A DNA stretch of 64,000 bases from Rhynchobatus australiae (taxonomy: Eukaryota). Positions within the stretch are counted from its first letter, which is position 1. Every line of letters starts with the position of its first letter. The stretch is taken from the NCBI GenBank assembly GCA_034780895.1, contig JAUZTB010000064.1:117542520-117606519 (forward strand). Reading direction: 5' to 3'. Under the pieces are notes generated by a model, which ran no database searches, was not told where the DNA came from, and saw only the letters and a list, made by a program, of their open reading frames with translations. The position numbers were made by a program, and so were the translations under genes. This document shows, piece after piece, positions 52,386 through 64,000 of this stretch.

Positions 52386-53346
52386 AGGCTGAAACTGGTT
52401 TTGAAAATCATGCTTAACCTATCAGTGAATAACATATATTAGTTTATTACTAACCAGTAAAAGGTTATGGTCTCTAATTACAAATACGTCATATTTGGTA
52501 TGGGACGAAGCACTTAATACTGCTTTCTAAATAAAAATGCATTTTATTCATGTAGAGTCTCTCAAAAGAAAATGCACAAGATCATTTCATGTTGGTATCT
52601 GCATGAACCAACGCTAGCTGACCTAAGTTATATTATTTCCCCTACAATATCCTCTAAGCAGAGGGGAGAAAAAAGTGATGAACAAGGTATTGAAATTCTG
52701 ATTACAATTTAATGCTAATAAAAACAACTAAAGAGGTTAGTTGTTGCTTTGGTAATATTGGAAGGATTTTTATTGCACTGGTTTGAGTTTCACTGCAGCT
52801 GCTATAAAATTAATGTAGTGTGAGAACACCACCTCGAGGTGGTAACCCATCACTTGCTTAAATTCAGTTTGGATGACTTCACTTTCAAATTACAGCACTC
52901 ATTTTATGTCAGTGTAAAGATGAATGCCTACAGCATCAAGAAAATTGTAATACTCAACTGTCCTATTCCAAAGGTGATATAAAACTGCTCCTGAAGTGTC
53001 CATGATGTAATAAAGTATAGTCCAAACTTGTTTTATTTTATTTGAGAGATATGAATGTCACTGATAAGGTCAGCATTTAATACCCATCCCTAATTGCCTA
53101 GGTGAAACTGGTGATGTACTGTCTTCTTGAATCACTGCAGTCCCACTGTGCTGCTGCATGGAGAATGGCCAGATTTTAATCCATTGGCAATGGGCTGAGT
53201 CTTCCAAAGCCCCACTGGCCATGGCTACTGGTACATAAGAATTTTTCCAACTGGAAAATCATTAGCCTTACAGCACTTGCAAGAGTCAATGCATCTAGTC
53301 TGCTGAGTGGAGGGAGACACCTCTGTGTCTTCTGAGGTGCATGCAA

Positions 53347-53560
53347 GAGTGGCACGGTGGAAATGGGTAGTACTGCTGCCTCACATATCCAGCGACCTGG
53401 GTTCAGTCCTGACCTCCACTGCTGTTTGTGTGAGTTGCATGTTCTCCTTTTGACCATCTGTGTTTTCCCCTGAGCGCTCTGATTTTTTTTTCCCCTTTCC
53501 CAAAGACATGTTGGTTGCTAATTGGCTACTATAAATTATCACTAGTGTAGCTGGGTGTTG
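53347..53560 (+). mobile_element. Decayed V-SINE (5' part)
   Basis: ggcacggtgg...gctgcctcac..ccagcgacctgggttcagtcctgacctcc..gagttgcatgttctcc. Confidence 0.75.
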
Positions 53561-55842
53561 CCTGATCTCTGGCCCTTCCCTAGTCATTTCCTCTTGAAGT
53601 TGCCTGATTGCAGCAGAAGTTCACCAGATTTATTCATGAAATGGGGGGCTTTGTTCTCTACAGAGAGAGTAAGCACACTAGATTTGTAAGAATGAGAGAT
53701 GATCTCGCCAAAACATATAGAATTTAGAGTTGATGTTTCTCCTGGCTAGGATGTCTGGAATCAGGGGTCACTAACTCTAGCCTCTGTCCATCCCTCCAAT
53801 TTCTCCATCTTCTGCCTCCTGTAGCATTCTGGATCTCAGCCTCCTTCCCAGCTGCCTTTTCTGACTTGCTCTCATCTTACTCTCTCATATTTGTTTGGTC
53901 TACAAAGAGAACATTGTTAGTATATATCCACCTGTTTAGAAAATGATTACTAGGTGGTCATTGTGAAGGCAATGTGATAATGTGATGAGATTTAAATGAG
54001 GGATTACTCTGCCAACAATTTCATTAATGTTTAAAAACTTGCTATAAAAGCCAAGAGCTAGTATGTATGTCCCTGTGGTCTGATGAAACCATAGTGAAGT
54101 TCAGTGGTGGAGTGAGCTATTCACAGACAGAACATCTCTGCTGTGAGAACATTTCTGTGCTTGACAGCTGGCCATTTATTAAGAGATTGCATCTGGAAGC
54201 ATATTGGAAGAAACAACATATTCCCAATGGACATGTTGATCCTTGGAAAGTGCAGCTGAATGAAGGACTGGTGATTCCAAGTCAAGATCATGTATAACTT
54301 GGAGGGGAGCCTGCAGTTAGTGGCCTTCCAAAAATATCTGCTGCCCGAGTCCTTCCAGGTTGAACAGATTATGTCTTTGGAAGATATCTTCAAAGAACTC
54401 TTGGCATTTTGCTGCAGTTCATCTTGTTAATGTACAGATTGCAATCCTTGTGGTCTGCTGGGGACACAACAGTCTGCAGATGCTGGAACCTGGATCATCA
54501 AACTGCTGGAAGAAATCAGTGGATCAAGCAGCATCTATGGGAGGAAAGGAATTGTCGATATTTCAGGTTGAAACCCAACATCAGGACTAAGTGGTGAGGT
54601 GAGATGGCTAGTATAAAGAGGAGGTGGTGGGAAAGGAGTCCAAGGCGATTGGTGGACTGAGGAGGGATGTTAGATGACAGGCAGGTAGTGCCAGGTAGGG
54701 GAGGTGCCCGTGACATTTACATGTTGTCCTTGACATTTATCCAAAGGTGTATCAGATTTTTTAATTTATTCTGATAACACCCAGCTTTACTTTGCCACCG
54801 CCCTGATTTACTGACTGCCTTTGATTTGCTGTGCTAATTGATATCATCTAAAACTGCCGTCTATATCCTAAATCATTCACAATCCTGTTTGCATATCAGA
54901 CCTGTGCTCATCATCTATATTACCTCCTGTAAGACAGTGCCTTGATTTTTCAAGTTCCTATCCACGTTTTCAACTCTCCATGACGCATCCCATTGCCTAT
55001 GTGTAACTCCCCAAGATGGCTATTCTCCTGCTCCATTGATGATAACTGTTTTCAGCCTTGTGGATTCTAAACTGTAGAACATTCTCTGTAAACCATTCTA
55101 CCTCTCTCTCCTTTAGGATGTTTTTGAAGCCTGCTTCTTAGGTCAGCTGTCCTAATATTTTGTCATGTATAGAGTCAGATAGTGATAGATTCACGTCTAA
55201 CAGCACAGAAACAGACCCTTTGACCTATCATGTCCATGCCAAACATCAGTACTAATCCCATTTTTCAGCATTTGGCCTGTAGCCTTCAGTGCCTTAATGA
55301 TTCAAGAGATTGTCTAGATACTAAGAGTAATACCTCCAATCCCTCAGAGTGTATACTAGGTTCCAGCTACCCTCTGGGTGGACAAAATTCTTCCTCTGGT
55401 GCCCTCTAAACCTCTAACCATTTCCCTTAAACCTTTGCACTCAAGTGTTGGACATGTCTAGTATGGGGAAAAAAGTTTTTTACTATCTACCCCATCTATG
55501 AATTTCATAATTTTGTTCAATGTCAGATTTGTTTGTTAACTGACTTAGGGCAGATCTTTGAAATCAAGTAGGCTTCCTCCTTCCAGCAATTATCTGATGG
55601 TGATGACCTTTAAGTGTACATGCTCAGTGTCAATGAAGGACAAGATTGCATCAGTTCCCGTAGTCAGATTGCGTGCCTGCATTCTGATTTCAGATGTAAC
55701 TATTTCAGTATGGTGCTGAAGTACACAAATCTACGTGAAACAGTATTGATGTCCACATCTTCGAAGGAAATGGCACAATGTTGCAAAAAGTATATGTAAG
55801 ATTAACATTAATTTAATAAAATATTTTATGGTTATTGTTTCT

Positions 55843-56300
55843 AGAACATAAAACATAGAACAGCACAGTATGTACCCTGTGGCCCACAATGTTGTGCCGA
55901 CCTATATAAACACCTACTCCCTGGTCAATGTAAGCCTCTTCTCCCACACAGTCCATAACCCTCCATTTTGTTTTACTTCCATGTGCCTATCTAAGAGTCT
56001 TTTAAATGTCCCCATTGTATCCTCTATCACCGCTCCTGGCAGTGGATTTCAGGCACCCATCACTCTCTCTGTGTTTAAAAAAAACTGAAACCCTACCTCT
56101 GACATTTCCCCTAAACTTTCCTCCTCTGACCTGAAACTGATGTCCTCCGGTATTGGCTGTTGCTGCCCTGGGAAAAGAGGTGCTGGCTGTCCACTCTATG
56201 TATGCCCCTCATAATCTTCTACACTTCTATCAAGTTGCCTCTTATCCTGCATCACTCCAAAGAGAAAAGTCCCAGCTTGCTCAACTTTTCCTCATAAGGA
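55843..56300 (-). mobile_element. CR1 LINE 3' end
   Basis: (AGAACAT)n tail, ggcccacaatgttgtgccg, ctccaaagagaaaag.cc.agc (reverse complement of LGLFSLE). Confidence 0.85.
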
Positions 56301-56659
56301 AAGGTTCTGATGTTATTTATTCCTTTTTAGAGATTTGAGTGTCACTGGCATGGCCAGGATTTATTGCCCATCCCTATCTGCCCTTGAAATTGATTAGATG
56401 CCTTACATGTAAACCTAATAATTAGGAGTGAGAACCAGCCCCTTGAATTCTACTTTGCCGTTCAATAAGATCATAGTTGATCTGATCTGTAACCTCTGCT
56501 TCACATTCCAGCCTACCAGTGCCCACTTTGTTTATTTTTTTCTTTTCATTATCTATATAAATTCTTACTATTACTCTCTACGTTTCTGGCTAGCTTTATC
56601 TTGTATTTTAATTTTTTCCTTCTTCCTTAAATTTTTAGTTCTTCTTTGTTGTTTTATAT

Positions 56660-58025
56660 TCCGAGTCACTTTCTTGAACTGCTGTTCAGGTGAAGGTACC
56701 CCCACAGTGCTGCTGGGAAGGAATTTCCAGGATTTGCACCTGACAATGACGCTGGAACATGTGCGTGGTGGTGTTCTGATGTGCCTGAAGCCATTGTTCT
56801 CGCTGTAAAAGTCGAGGTTGGGAGTTGCTGCCAGTGTAGCCTGGGCATGCAACTGCAGTGCACATTGTAAATGGTNNNNNNNNNNNNNNNNNTGAGCTGC
56901 TAGTGGAGGGAATACAACTAGATGTAACAAGGTTGTAGAGCTAGGGGATCTGCTGTGCTGGTCATGAGAGCTCAGCTCTCTCTATTGCATGCTGCTTTTA
57001 CTGTTCACTACACATGTAGTGCTATATGGCAGCTTCGCCATATTGGTACCTCATTTTTGTTATGCCTGAAGATGCTCCCAGCATACCTTCTGTGCTGTTC
57101 ACTAAACATAGGTTAATCCTCTGACTTTATAGTAAGGATATGCCAGGCCATGAAGTTACAGATTTCTGCTGCTGCTGCTGATGGCCCTTAATGCTTCCTT
57201 GATGCCTAGTTGTGAATCTTTCTCATTTTGCGTAACTGTATCACCACACAACATAGTGGAGGATGCCAGTGTGAGGATGTAACGTTGTCTCCACGAGGAC
57301 CCTGCAGTGATCACTTCTACTATTGCTGTTGTGAACTAATGAATGTCCTACATGCAGATAGTGAGGATGAGGTTAGGTGGGTTTATCCCTCCATGTTGGT
57401 TCACTCACTAGCTACCAGGGGACCAATCTGCCGGCCGTTTGCTTCAGGATTCGGCCGGCCTGATCAGTGGTGATGTTGCCAAGCCACCCTTTGTGATGGA
57501 TGTAAAAGTTCCCCACCCAAATACATCCTGGAACCTTGCTAATTTCACTGCTTTTTACAGGTTTTGTGAAACTTGGAAGAGCACAGACTCATCAGCTGAG
57601 GGAAATCAGAGGTGGAAAAGGGGAAGGTTCCTTACCATGCTGTGAGTCCTCGTGAGGCTCTCCCAGGGCTCCTGCCTGTATGCCACTGTCATTCAGTTCA
57701 GCTGGTAGGGCAGGATGAATGCAGAGATTGAGGTGGAAAGAGGGATTGGTATGTTTACTGTGTCAGGCTGTTGTTTGACTAATCTGTGGGGCATCAGTGC
57801 TCCAGGTGTTTGTGAGAAGAACTTCGAAAGATTGAATGGGCTGGGACCAACTTTGTCAAGTCTGACTTTGGAACCTTTTCATTCTTGTGTAGTTGGTCCA
57901 GTTTTATTCCTCCCTTGTTTTCACATATTGTGGTATAACTGAGTGGCTTGCTAGGCCATTTCAGGGGGCAGTTATAGGACAACTACTTTGGTGGTTCACA
58001 TATAGGCAAGACCAGCTGAGGATGC
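56660..58025 (-). mobile_element. Ancient CR1/L2-group LINE pieces (related to the 18430 family)
   Basis: ttcttgaactgctg..caggtgaaggtacccccacagtgctg..gggaaggaatttccagga tail plus decayed endonuclease-region sequence. Confidence 0.55.
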
Positions 58026-58329
58026 CTCCACTCCATATTGGTCATCGTTACTAATAATGAATGAGCTGTGTGACATAGGCCTGTGATTGTTGTCTGGCCT
58101 GACTTATTAGGAGTAAGCAAGTTGTAGTCACCGCAGCTATTCTGTTTATCCATTTCCAGCCCATCTGTTATGTAACAGGGGTTTATATTTTATTTAATTC
58201 TGACATGTGCTGGCACTCCAAACATAGCATTAAGAATATCCTTTTCTTTAAAAGGTGATTTATCAACATCGTGCTACTGAACTAGTTTGAAATTGATGAT
58301 GAAATTTTCTTTTTATATTTATCTGTTAG

Positions 58330-58460
58330 GTTGCAAGATCTCGAGGAGCTAGGCGAGCTTTCTGCTCATTGGGACACCCTACGCCAAAATGTAACCATCC
58401 ACTACCAACAGATGATTAGCAGCTATCAAGAAGTACTTGCAGAGCTCAACAAATTCTCAG
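58330..58460 (+). CDS. INPP4B: INPP4B-like internal coding exon, 131 nt, phase 2->1
   Basis: Acceptor atttatctgttAG, donor CAG|GTACAA. LQDLEELGELSAHWDTLRQNVTIHYQQMISSYQEVLAELNKFS(G) vs recalled INPP4B [39 protein letters not shown]. Joins in frame with the 43931 exon (AG|G = Arg). Confidence 0.95.
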
Positions 58461-60874
58461 GTACAAGACAGCAGTGCAAGCAAAGAATGGAGGCTCTAGT
58501 TGTTCAAATTGTAGCCATTTAGAATTCTTGTCATGTTATTGTGGACACAGGGAAAAANNNNNNNNNNNNNNNNNNNNNNNNNNNNNNNNNNNNNNNNNNN
58601 NNNNNNNNNNNNNNNNNNNNNNNNNNNNNNNNNNNNNNNNNNNNNNNNNNNNNNNNNGTCAATTTTACCTCCTAAGTGATTGTGAATATTCAGTTTTTCA
58701 TGCCTAAGAAAAATTCAGAATTGATCTGGATCAGCTTTGAAAATTAAAATGAATTTGAATTTTAGTCTAATCCATTGATTGTTTTAGATCTCTCTTCCAA
58801 TAATGTATATTTCCACTGAAACCATTAGAAATCTGAAACCCATAAGCACCAACTTGAGGGGAACAATAGCTGTCTCAATCTGATTGAAAAGCAGAGGCTG
58901 ATCTGAATTCCAGTTAAATATTTCATGCTGCTTTCTAATGGTTTAGTTTCTCAGGCCATTAGTTGAAAAAAATCACTACAGTTCTTCTGTTGGTGATTTT
59001 GTGATTTTATTCATCAATGAGAGACCTAATTGAAGCAAAGTCCTTTCCTAACTAACTTGGACATGTTGGAAATTGACTGAACAAATAAATTGGTTGGTGT
59101 GGGCGAAGTTGTCAAGTTCTCACAGAAGTTGTTTGTTTGGAAAGGAGTGTTGTCATAACATGTTCTGCTGTGTGATTCCATGCAGTGGTAACATAAGGCG
59201 ATTTTTTTTTTACAAAGTTATTTGGCACTTTTATTAAATGTTGTAGACCTGGTTTGAATAGATTTGAATATTTTACAAATAATTTGACTTCTATAAATTT
59301 TAAAGTATATTTGATCATACCACTTTATTTGGTCATATTTAATTTCTTTGGAAAATTAATTCCATTGTTAATTTAATGAATAGTTTAAATGTCAATTAAC
59401 ACGGATTTTTGAATCAAATTTAGTTTAATGTAGAAGTGACAGTGAATGATCATAATTGATGAGCTGGTCAGTAAAACAAAGCCAGTCAATAAAATTAGTC
59501 TGCTCGACTGAGGTCAATCTCATTTTAAACTAAAATTATTTTCCCTAATTTCTTCTAAAATGGATGAAGCAATTAATTATTTAACATTTGCATTGTCTAT
59601 GTTCTGTTTTTTTTAATCTTTGGTGTGAATGCAACTTGAAAGACCCTATATGTAGTTTTTGCAGACTAATTGCCCCATTAATATTTTGTAGCTTGATAAT
59701 CTGGTTTTGACCTCTTATTTCCATACATCTTAATGTTTTTAATGGATTACATTATCAAACCATCAACTATTATGCACTAACCTTTATTAACATTAGCATT
59801 CAGATGCTTGAAAATTATTACCTTAGTCCTGAATTGCTGAGGCACACACTTTAAATTTCAGGTAGTATTATGACTGAATCACCTTTATTCTTTGGAGAAC
59901 ATGCAGAGAATCTGAAAATCATTAATAGAATTCCTTGGTATTTATGAGAATATCAGAGGAATGTCTGTAGTAATCATCAGAAGCTATACAGGTTCCTATT
60001 GCTATTTCCCAATACAACACTGTGTTAAGAGTTCTTTTAACTAAGGGGTCCTTCCTGAACCCTATTAGCTTTAAGATTGGAATGGAAATTTTAAGAATAA
60101 TCTATCAAGGGCAAGGAAATCTAACTATATTTGAGATCTCTGTTGTGTATGTATTAGGAACAGAAGAAGGCCACATCGCCTCTTGAGCCTGGTGTGCCAT
60201 TCAGTAAGATCATGGTAAATTAGATTACAACTTTAACTTCATATTTCTGTTTATGTTCAGTAACCTTTAACCCCCTTGCTTTTCAAGACCCTACCTGGCT
60301 CTGCCTTGAAATTATTCAAAGAGTCTTCTTCAGCTTTTGAAGAAGAATCCCAAAGGCTCATGGCCGTTTGAAAGAAAAAGACAATTGTCTCATCTTTTAA
60401 GACCCCTCCAGATTTTACATGTTTCAATCAAGTGTGATTTTAACTCTTCTGAACTGCAGAAGATGGAGGCCTACCCTGCCTATCCTTTCCTCATAAGACA
60501 AGACACCAATTCCAGGTATTAGTCTAGAAACCTTTTGAATTGCTTCCGATGTATTTGCAGCCTTCCTTAAGTAAGGAGGTGAAAGGTGTACCTTTGGTTC
60601 CTTTGATGTAAAATGTTAAGGTTTCAGCACTGAAGTAACACACCATTCATTTCCAACTTGCCATCCAAAAAGGAATGGGAAGAGAGAAAAGGACCCTTTG
60701 AGCCTCCTCTCTGTTTCCTGTTAGGCAGCTAATCTACCATCTGTGCCATCTGCTACTTCCTACAGCATTAAGTTTTGTTTTTCACAGTACCCTTTTGATG
60801 CAAAAACTTATCAAATGCCTTTTGGAAATTGAAGTATAGCATATCCTTTGGTTTCGCTTTATCCACAGCACATG

Positions 60875-61645
60875 CCTAACCCTATCTATGCTTCTCATAA
60901 TCTCATATACTTCCATCAGGTCGCCCCTCAGCCTCTGACACTCCAGACAAAACAATCCCAAGTTTGTCCAATCTCTCCTTATAGCTAATACTCTCTAATC
61001 TGGGCAACATCCTGATAAACCTATTTTGCACCCTATCCAAAGCTTCCACATCCTTCCTGTAATGCAGCAGCAAGAACTGCACACAATACTCCAAATGTGG
61101 ATTAATCAAAGTTTTATACAGCCACAACATGACTTCCCAACTTTTATACTCAGTGCCCTGACCGATGAAGAGAAGCATGCCATATACTGCCTTCACCACC
61201 TTATCCATTTGTGTTGCCACCTTCAGGGAGCTATGGACTTGCACTGCAGGATCCCTCTGTATATCAGTACTCTGAAGGGTCCTGCCATTTATTGCATACG
61301 TTCCTCTTGCACTTGACCTCCCAAAGTGCAACATCTTGCGCTTGTCCAATTAAACTCCATCTGTCATTTCTCTGTCCACATTTCCAACTGGTCTATATCC
61401 TGCTGAATCCATTGACCACCTTCCTCACTATCCACAACTCCACCAATTTTTGTGTCATCTGCAAACTTGCAAATCAGATTTTTATGCTACATTTTTATCC
61501 AAATCATTTAAGAGGTCTCAACACAGACCTCCAGTCAGAAATACACCTTCCACCAGTGCCCTCTGTTTTCTATTGCCAAACCAATTTTGTTCAATCTACC
61601 AAGTCTCCATGGATTCCATGTGCCTTAATCTTTTGGATATCCCAA
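60875..61645 (-). mobile_element. CR1 LINE ORF2 fragment
   Basis: ORF 60903-61349: MLHFGRS...VQVHSSLKVATQMDKVVK..YGML.FIGQG.EYKSWEVML.LYKTL..PHLEYCVQF..HYRKDVEAL.RVQ.RF.RMLP. Confidence 0.92.
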
Positions 61646-61902
61646 ATACCTTAATCTGCTTGATCAGCGATTAACAGATGGCACAAGATTAAGAAGTTAT
61701 TACAATAAGGTATGGTGCTCCTTGTCTACTCAAACCACATTTTAAAATCTTGCTCTTGCTCTCTCTGGGCAGCAAGATCTCAGGCAAATGTAGGCAGGTG
61801 GGGACCATGACTGACAATTTCAGGCGACAGGCTGGGCCCAGGAAAACTTAGCCCATTGACCTCCGTGTGACAAAACCTGCTTGATATGTGTTTGATTTGC
61901 AG

Positions 61903-62020
61903 GGTCGTCATTTAAACCAAGCTGCAGCAGAGGGGAGAAGAAGCTTGAATTTGTTCCCGTTAATCTACATTTACAGCGAATGCAAATTCAGAACAGTTCT
62001 GCCAAAACNNNNNNNNNNGG
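61903..62020 (+). CDS. INPP4B: INPP4B-like internal coding exon containing a 10-N placeholder gap
   Basis: Acceptor tttgatttgcAG, donor GG|GTAAGG. (G)[35 protein letters not shown] carries the INPP4 family motif LEFVPxNLHxQRM. Confidence 0.93.
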
Positions 62021-63254
62021 GTAAGGTTTTTTTGTTAAATACATCATTTTATGCAGTGCAGATTTAAATGCTATTGCCTCATATTCTGTTGTCACGTACA
62101 ACAGAATTGTTGCAATATGGTGAGCCAGCAAATGTTTTGCTTGTGGGCCCGCTACGATGTATGCTAATGAATGGGCTTTAAATGTGTTAAGGCCTTTAGC
62201 TTGTGGAGGAATCCTCACAAGTTTGGGGCTGGTGCCTGCTGCTGGGAGTGAGGCTAGAACTTCGGGATTTGGACAGATATGTAGATTTATTCAAAGTTAA
62301 TGTTAAAGTGTATTCAAAGTTACTGCAGTGATCAGTTTTATATTATGTATTTCGTCAGCCTTTTAAAAACTAAAGCAAAAACATTAATTTTAACTTTCCT
62401 CTGAGCTCTGTATTCCTGACTAGCAGTGTATATAGAGGGCAGAGCTCTTTGAATAAATGCCATATCAAGCTACCAAGTTGTTTCTTCTGAAGGGAAACAT
62501 TCATCAGTGAATGGTCATTTAATTTTAGTGGTTTGATCAATGTGGCACAAATGGGTTCTCCAGATGGTTCAGTTGCTAAGCTGAGTACTTGATGCGATGT
62601 TGCAGCCATGATGTCCAGGAAACATCCAATTTCTGTGGCCAGAACTGGGTATGTTATCCAAGTCTGGGTGCTGGAACAGCCCTGAGCCTCAGTCAGTATG
62701 GAGAGAAAAAGAAACAATAATTGTGATCATGGATGTGATTTAGCAATGTGGATGCCAGATGCTGATGGTGTTGTGGTGGAAGAGCCACTCNNNNNNNNNN
62801 NNNNNNNNNNNNNNNNNNNNNNNNNNNNNNNNNNNNNNNNNNNNNNNNNNNNNNNNNNNNNNNNNNNNNNNNNNNNNNNNNNNNNNNNNNNNNNNNNNNN
62901 NNNNNNNNNNNNNNNNNNNNNNNNNNNNNNNNNNNNNNNNNNNNNNNNNNNNNNNNNNNNNNNNNNNNNNNNNNNNNNNNNNNNNNNNNNNNNNNNNNNN
63001 NNNNNNNNNNNNNNNNNNNNNNNNNNNNNNNNNNNNNNNNNNNNNNNNNNNNNNNNNNNNNNNTAGCAATTTTATGTCTTTGCACTGTACTGCTGCCGCA
63101 AAACAACAAATTTCATGTCATCTAAGTCAGTGATAAATCTGATTCTGTCATAACATCCTGGATTGTGGTGGTACATTCAGTGTGGTTGACTAAATGATGG
63201 GCATATTTTCTTTACATTTATAGAGCCCTGCATAAAGCTGAGTTAATAGTGTGT

Positions 63255-63552
63255 CAGACCACAGCCCACAATGTCTGTGCCGACCATGATGCCAGATTAA
63301 ACCAATCCCATCTGCCTGCACATGAGCCTTATCCCCCCACTTGCTGCACGTTCATGCATCTGTCGAGCTGACTTTTAAACACCACTCTTCTGTCCACCCC
63401 CACCCCTGGCAGCACATTCCAGGCACCCACCACTCTCTGTGTAAAAAAAAAACTTACCTCACACATCTCCTTTAAACTTTCCCCCTCACGCCATAAAGCT
63501 ATGTCCTTCAGTATTTGACATTTCTACCCTGGGAGAAAGACTCTGACCGTCT
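63255..63552 (-). mobile_element. CR1 LINE 3' end
   Basis: cagcccacaatgtctgtgccg...ggcagcacattccaggcacccaccactctctgtgtaaaa. Confidence 0.8.
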
Positions 63553-63729
63553 AAAGCATTAACTGTTTTCATCCGGGACGGCAGTCAATTCTAGATCAGA
63601 ACTAATCCGAGTGAAAGATTTTTCTCACATCCCTTCTCGGCCAATATTTAAATCCCTGTCCACCAGTGACTAATAAGAAGAGATTCTCTCCATCTACCCT
63701 GTCAAACCTAATCACAAAAAAAGTTATAA

Positions 63730-63856
63730 ACAGCAGATGTTGGAAATCAGGAATGAAACCAAAAATATGGGGACTACTCATCAGGCTGGGCAGCGCCTGT
63801 GAAGATGGAAACAACAGGTAACAAGTAATTCGGGCCGATTACTTTTCATCAGAACC
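63730..63856 (-). repeat. Penelope-like tail fragment
   Basis: gcagatgttggaaatc...ctcatcaggctgggcagc; CTGATGA on the - strand at 63852->63846. Confidence 0.6.
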
Positions 63857-64000
63857 TAATCTTGACCCTGTGCACCACTATTGAATCTTCTCACCACCCT
63901 TTTGTTCCAAGTTCTTGTGAGTCATTGTGAACTCCTCAAATAAGTCATGGACAAAAATTAGTTACAAGAATCCTCACATTTGTTGGCAGAAGTCCTCATG

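Noticed and set aside
52828-52843. Perfect 16-bp palindrome ACCACCTCGAGGTGGT (loosely CTCF-like)
   Set aside because: About one such palindrome is expected by chance in 64 kb.

Overview
Eukaryotic, AT-rich, mostly intronic DNA from a gapped draft assembly. The repeat content (HE1-type V-SINEs, CR1 LINEs, Rex1/Babar, abundant Penelope tails) points to a cartilaginous fish, probably a ray. The only host gene I can support is a + strand inositol polyphosphate 4-phosphatase, most likely INPP4B. It has five phase-compatible internal coding exons (30259-30370, 34929->gap, 43931-44078, 58330-58460, 61903-62020), two of them damaged by assembly gaps. Nearly all ORFs in the supplied track are noise, N-run artefacts or decayed retroelement pieces. 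The most interesting signals are decayed minimal hammerhead-ribozyme cores in Penelope-derived repeats (including a tandem pair), two CpG-rich solo LTRs carrying YY1/E-box/CRE motifs, V-SINEs with two different LINE-derived tails, a Tc1 IR/DR terminus, a MITE with an internal 35-bp minisatellite, and a possible cassette exon. I found no convincing wholly novel system. Family and orthologue comparisons are from memory, not searches, and repeat boundaries are approximate.
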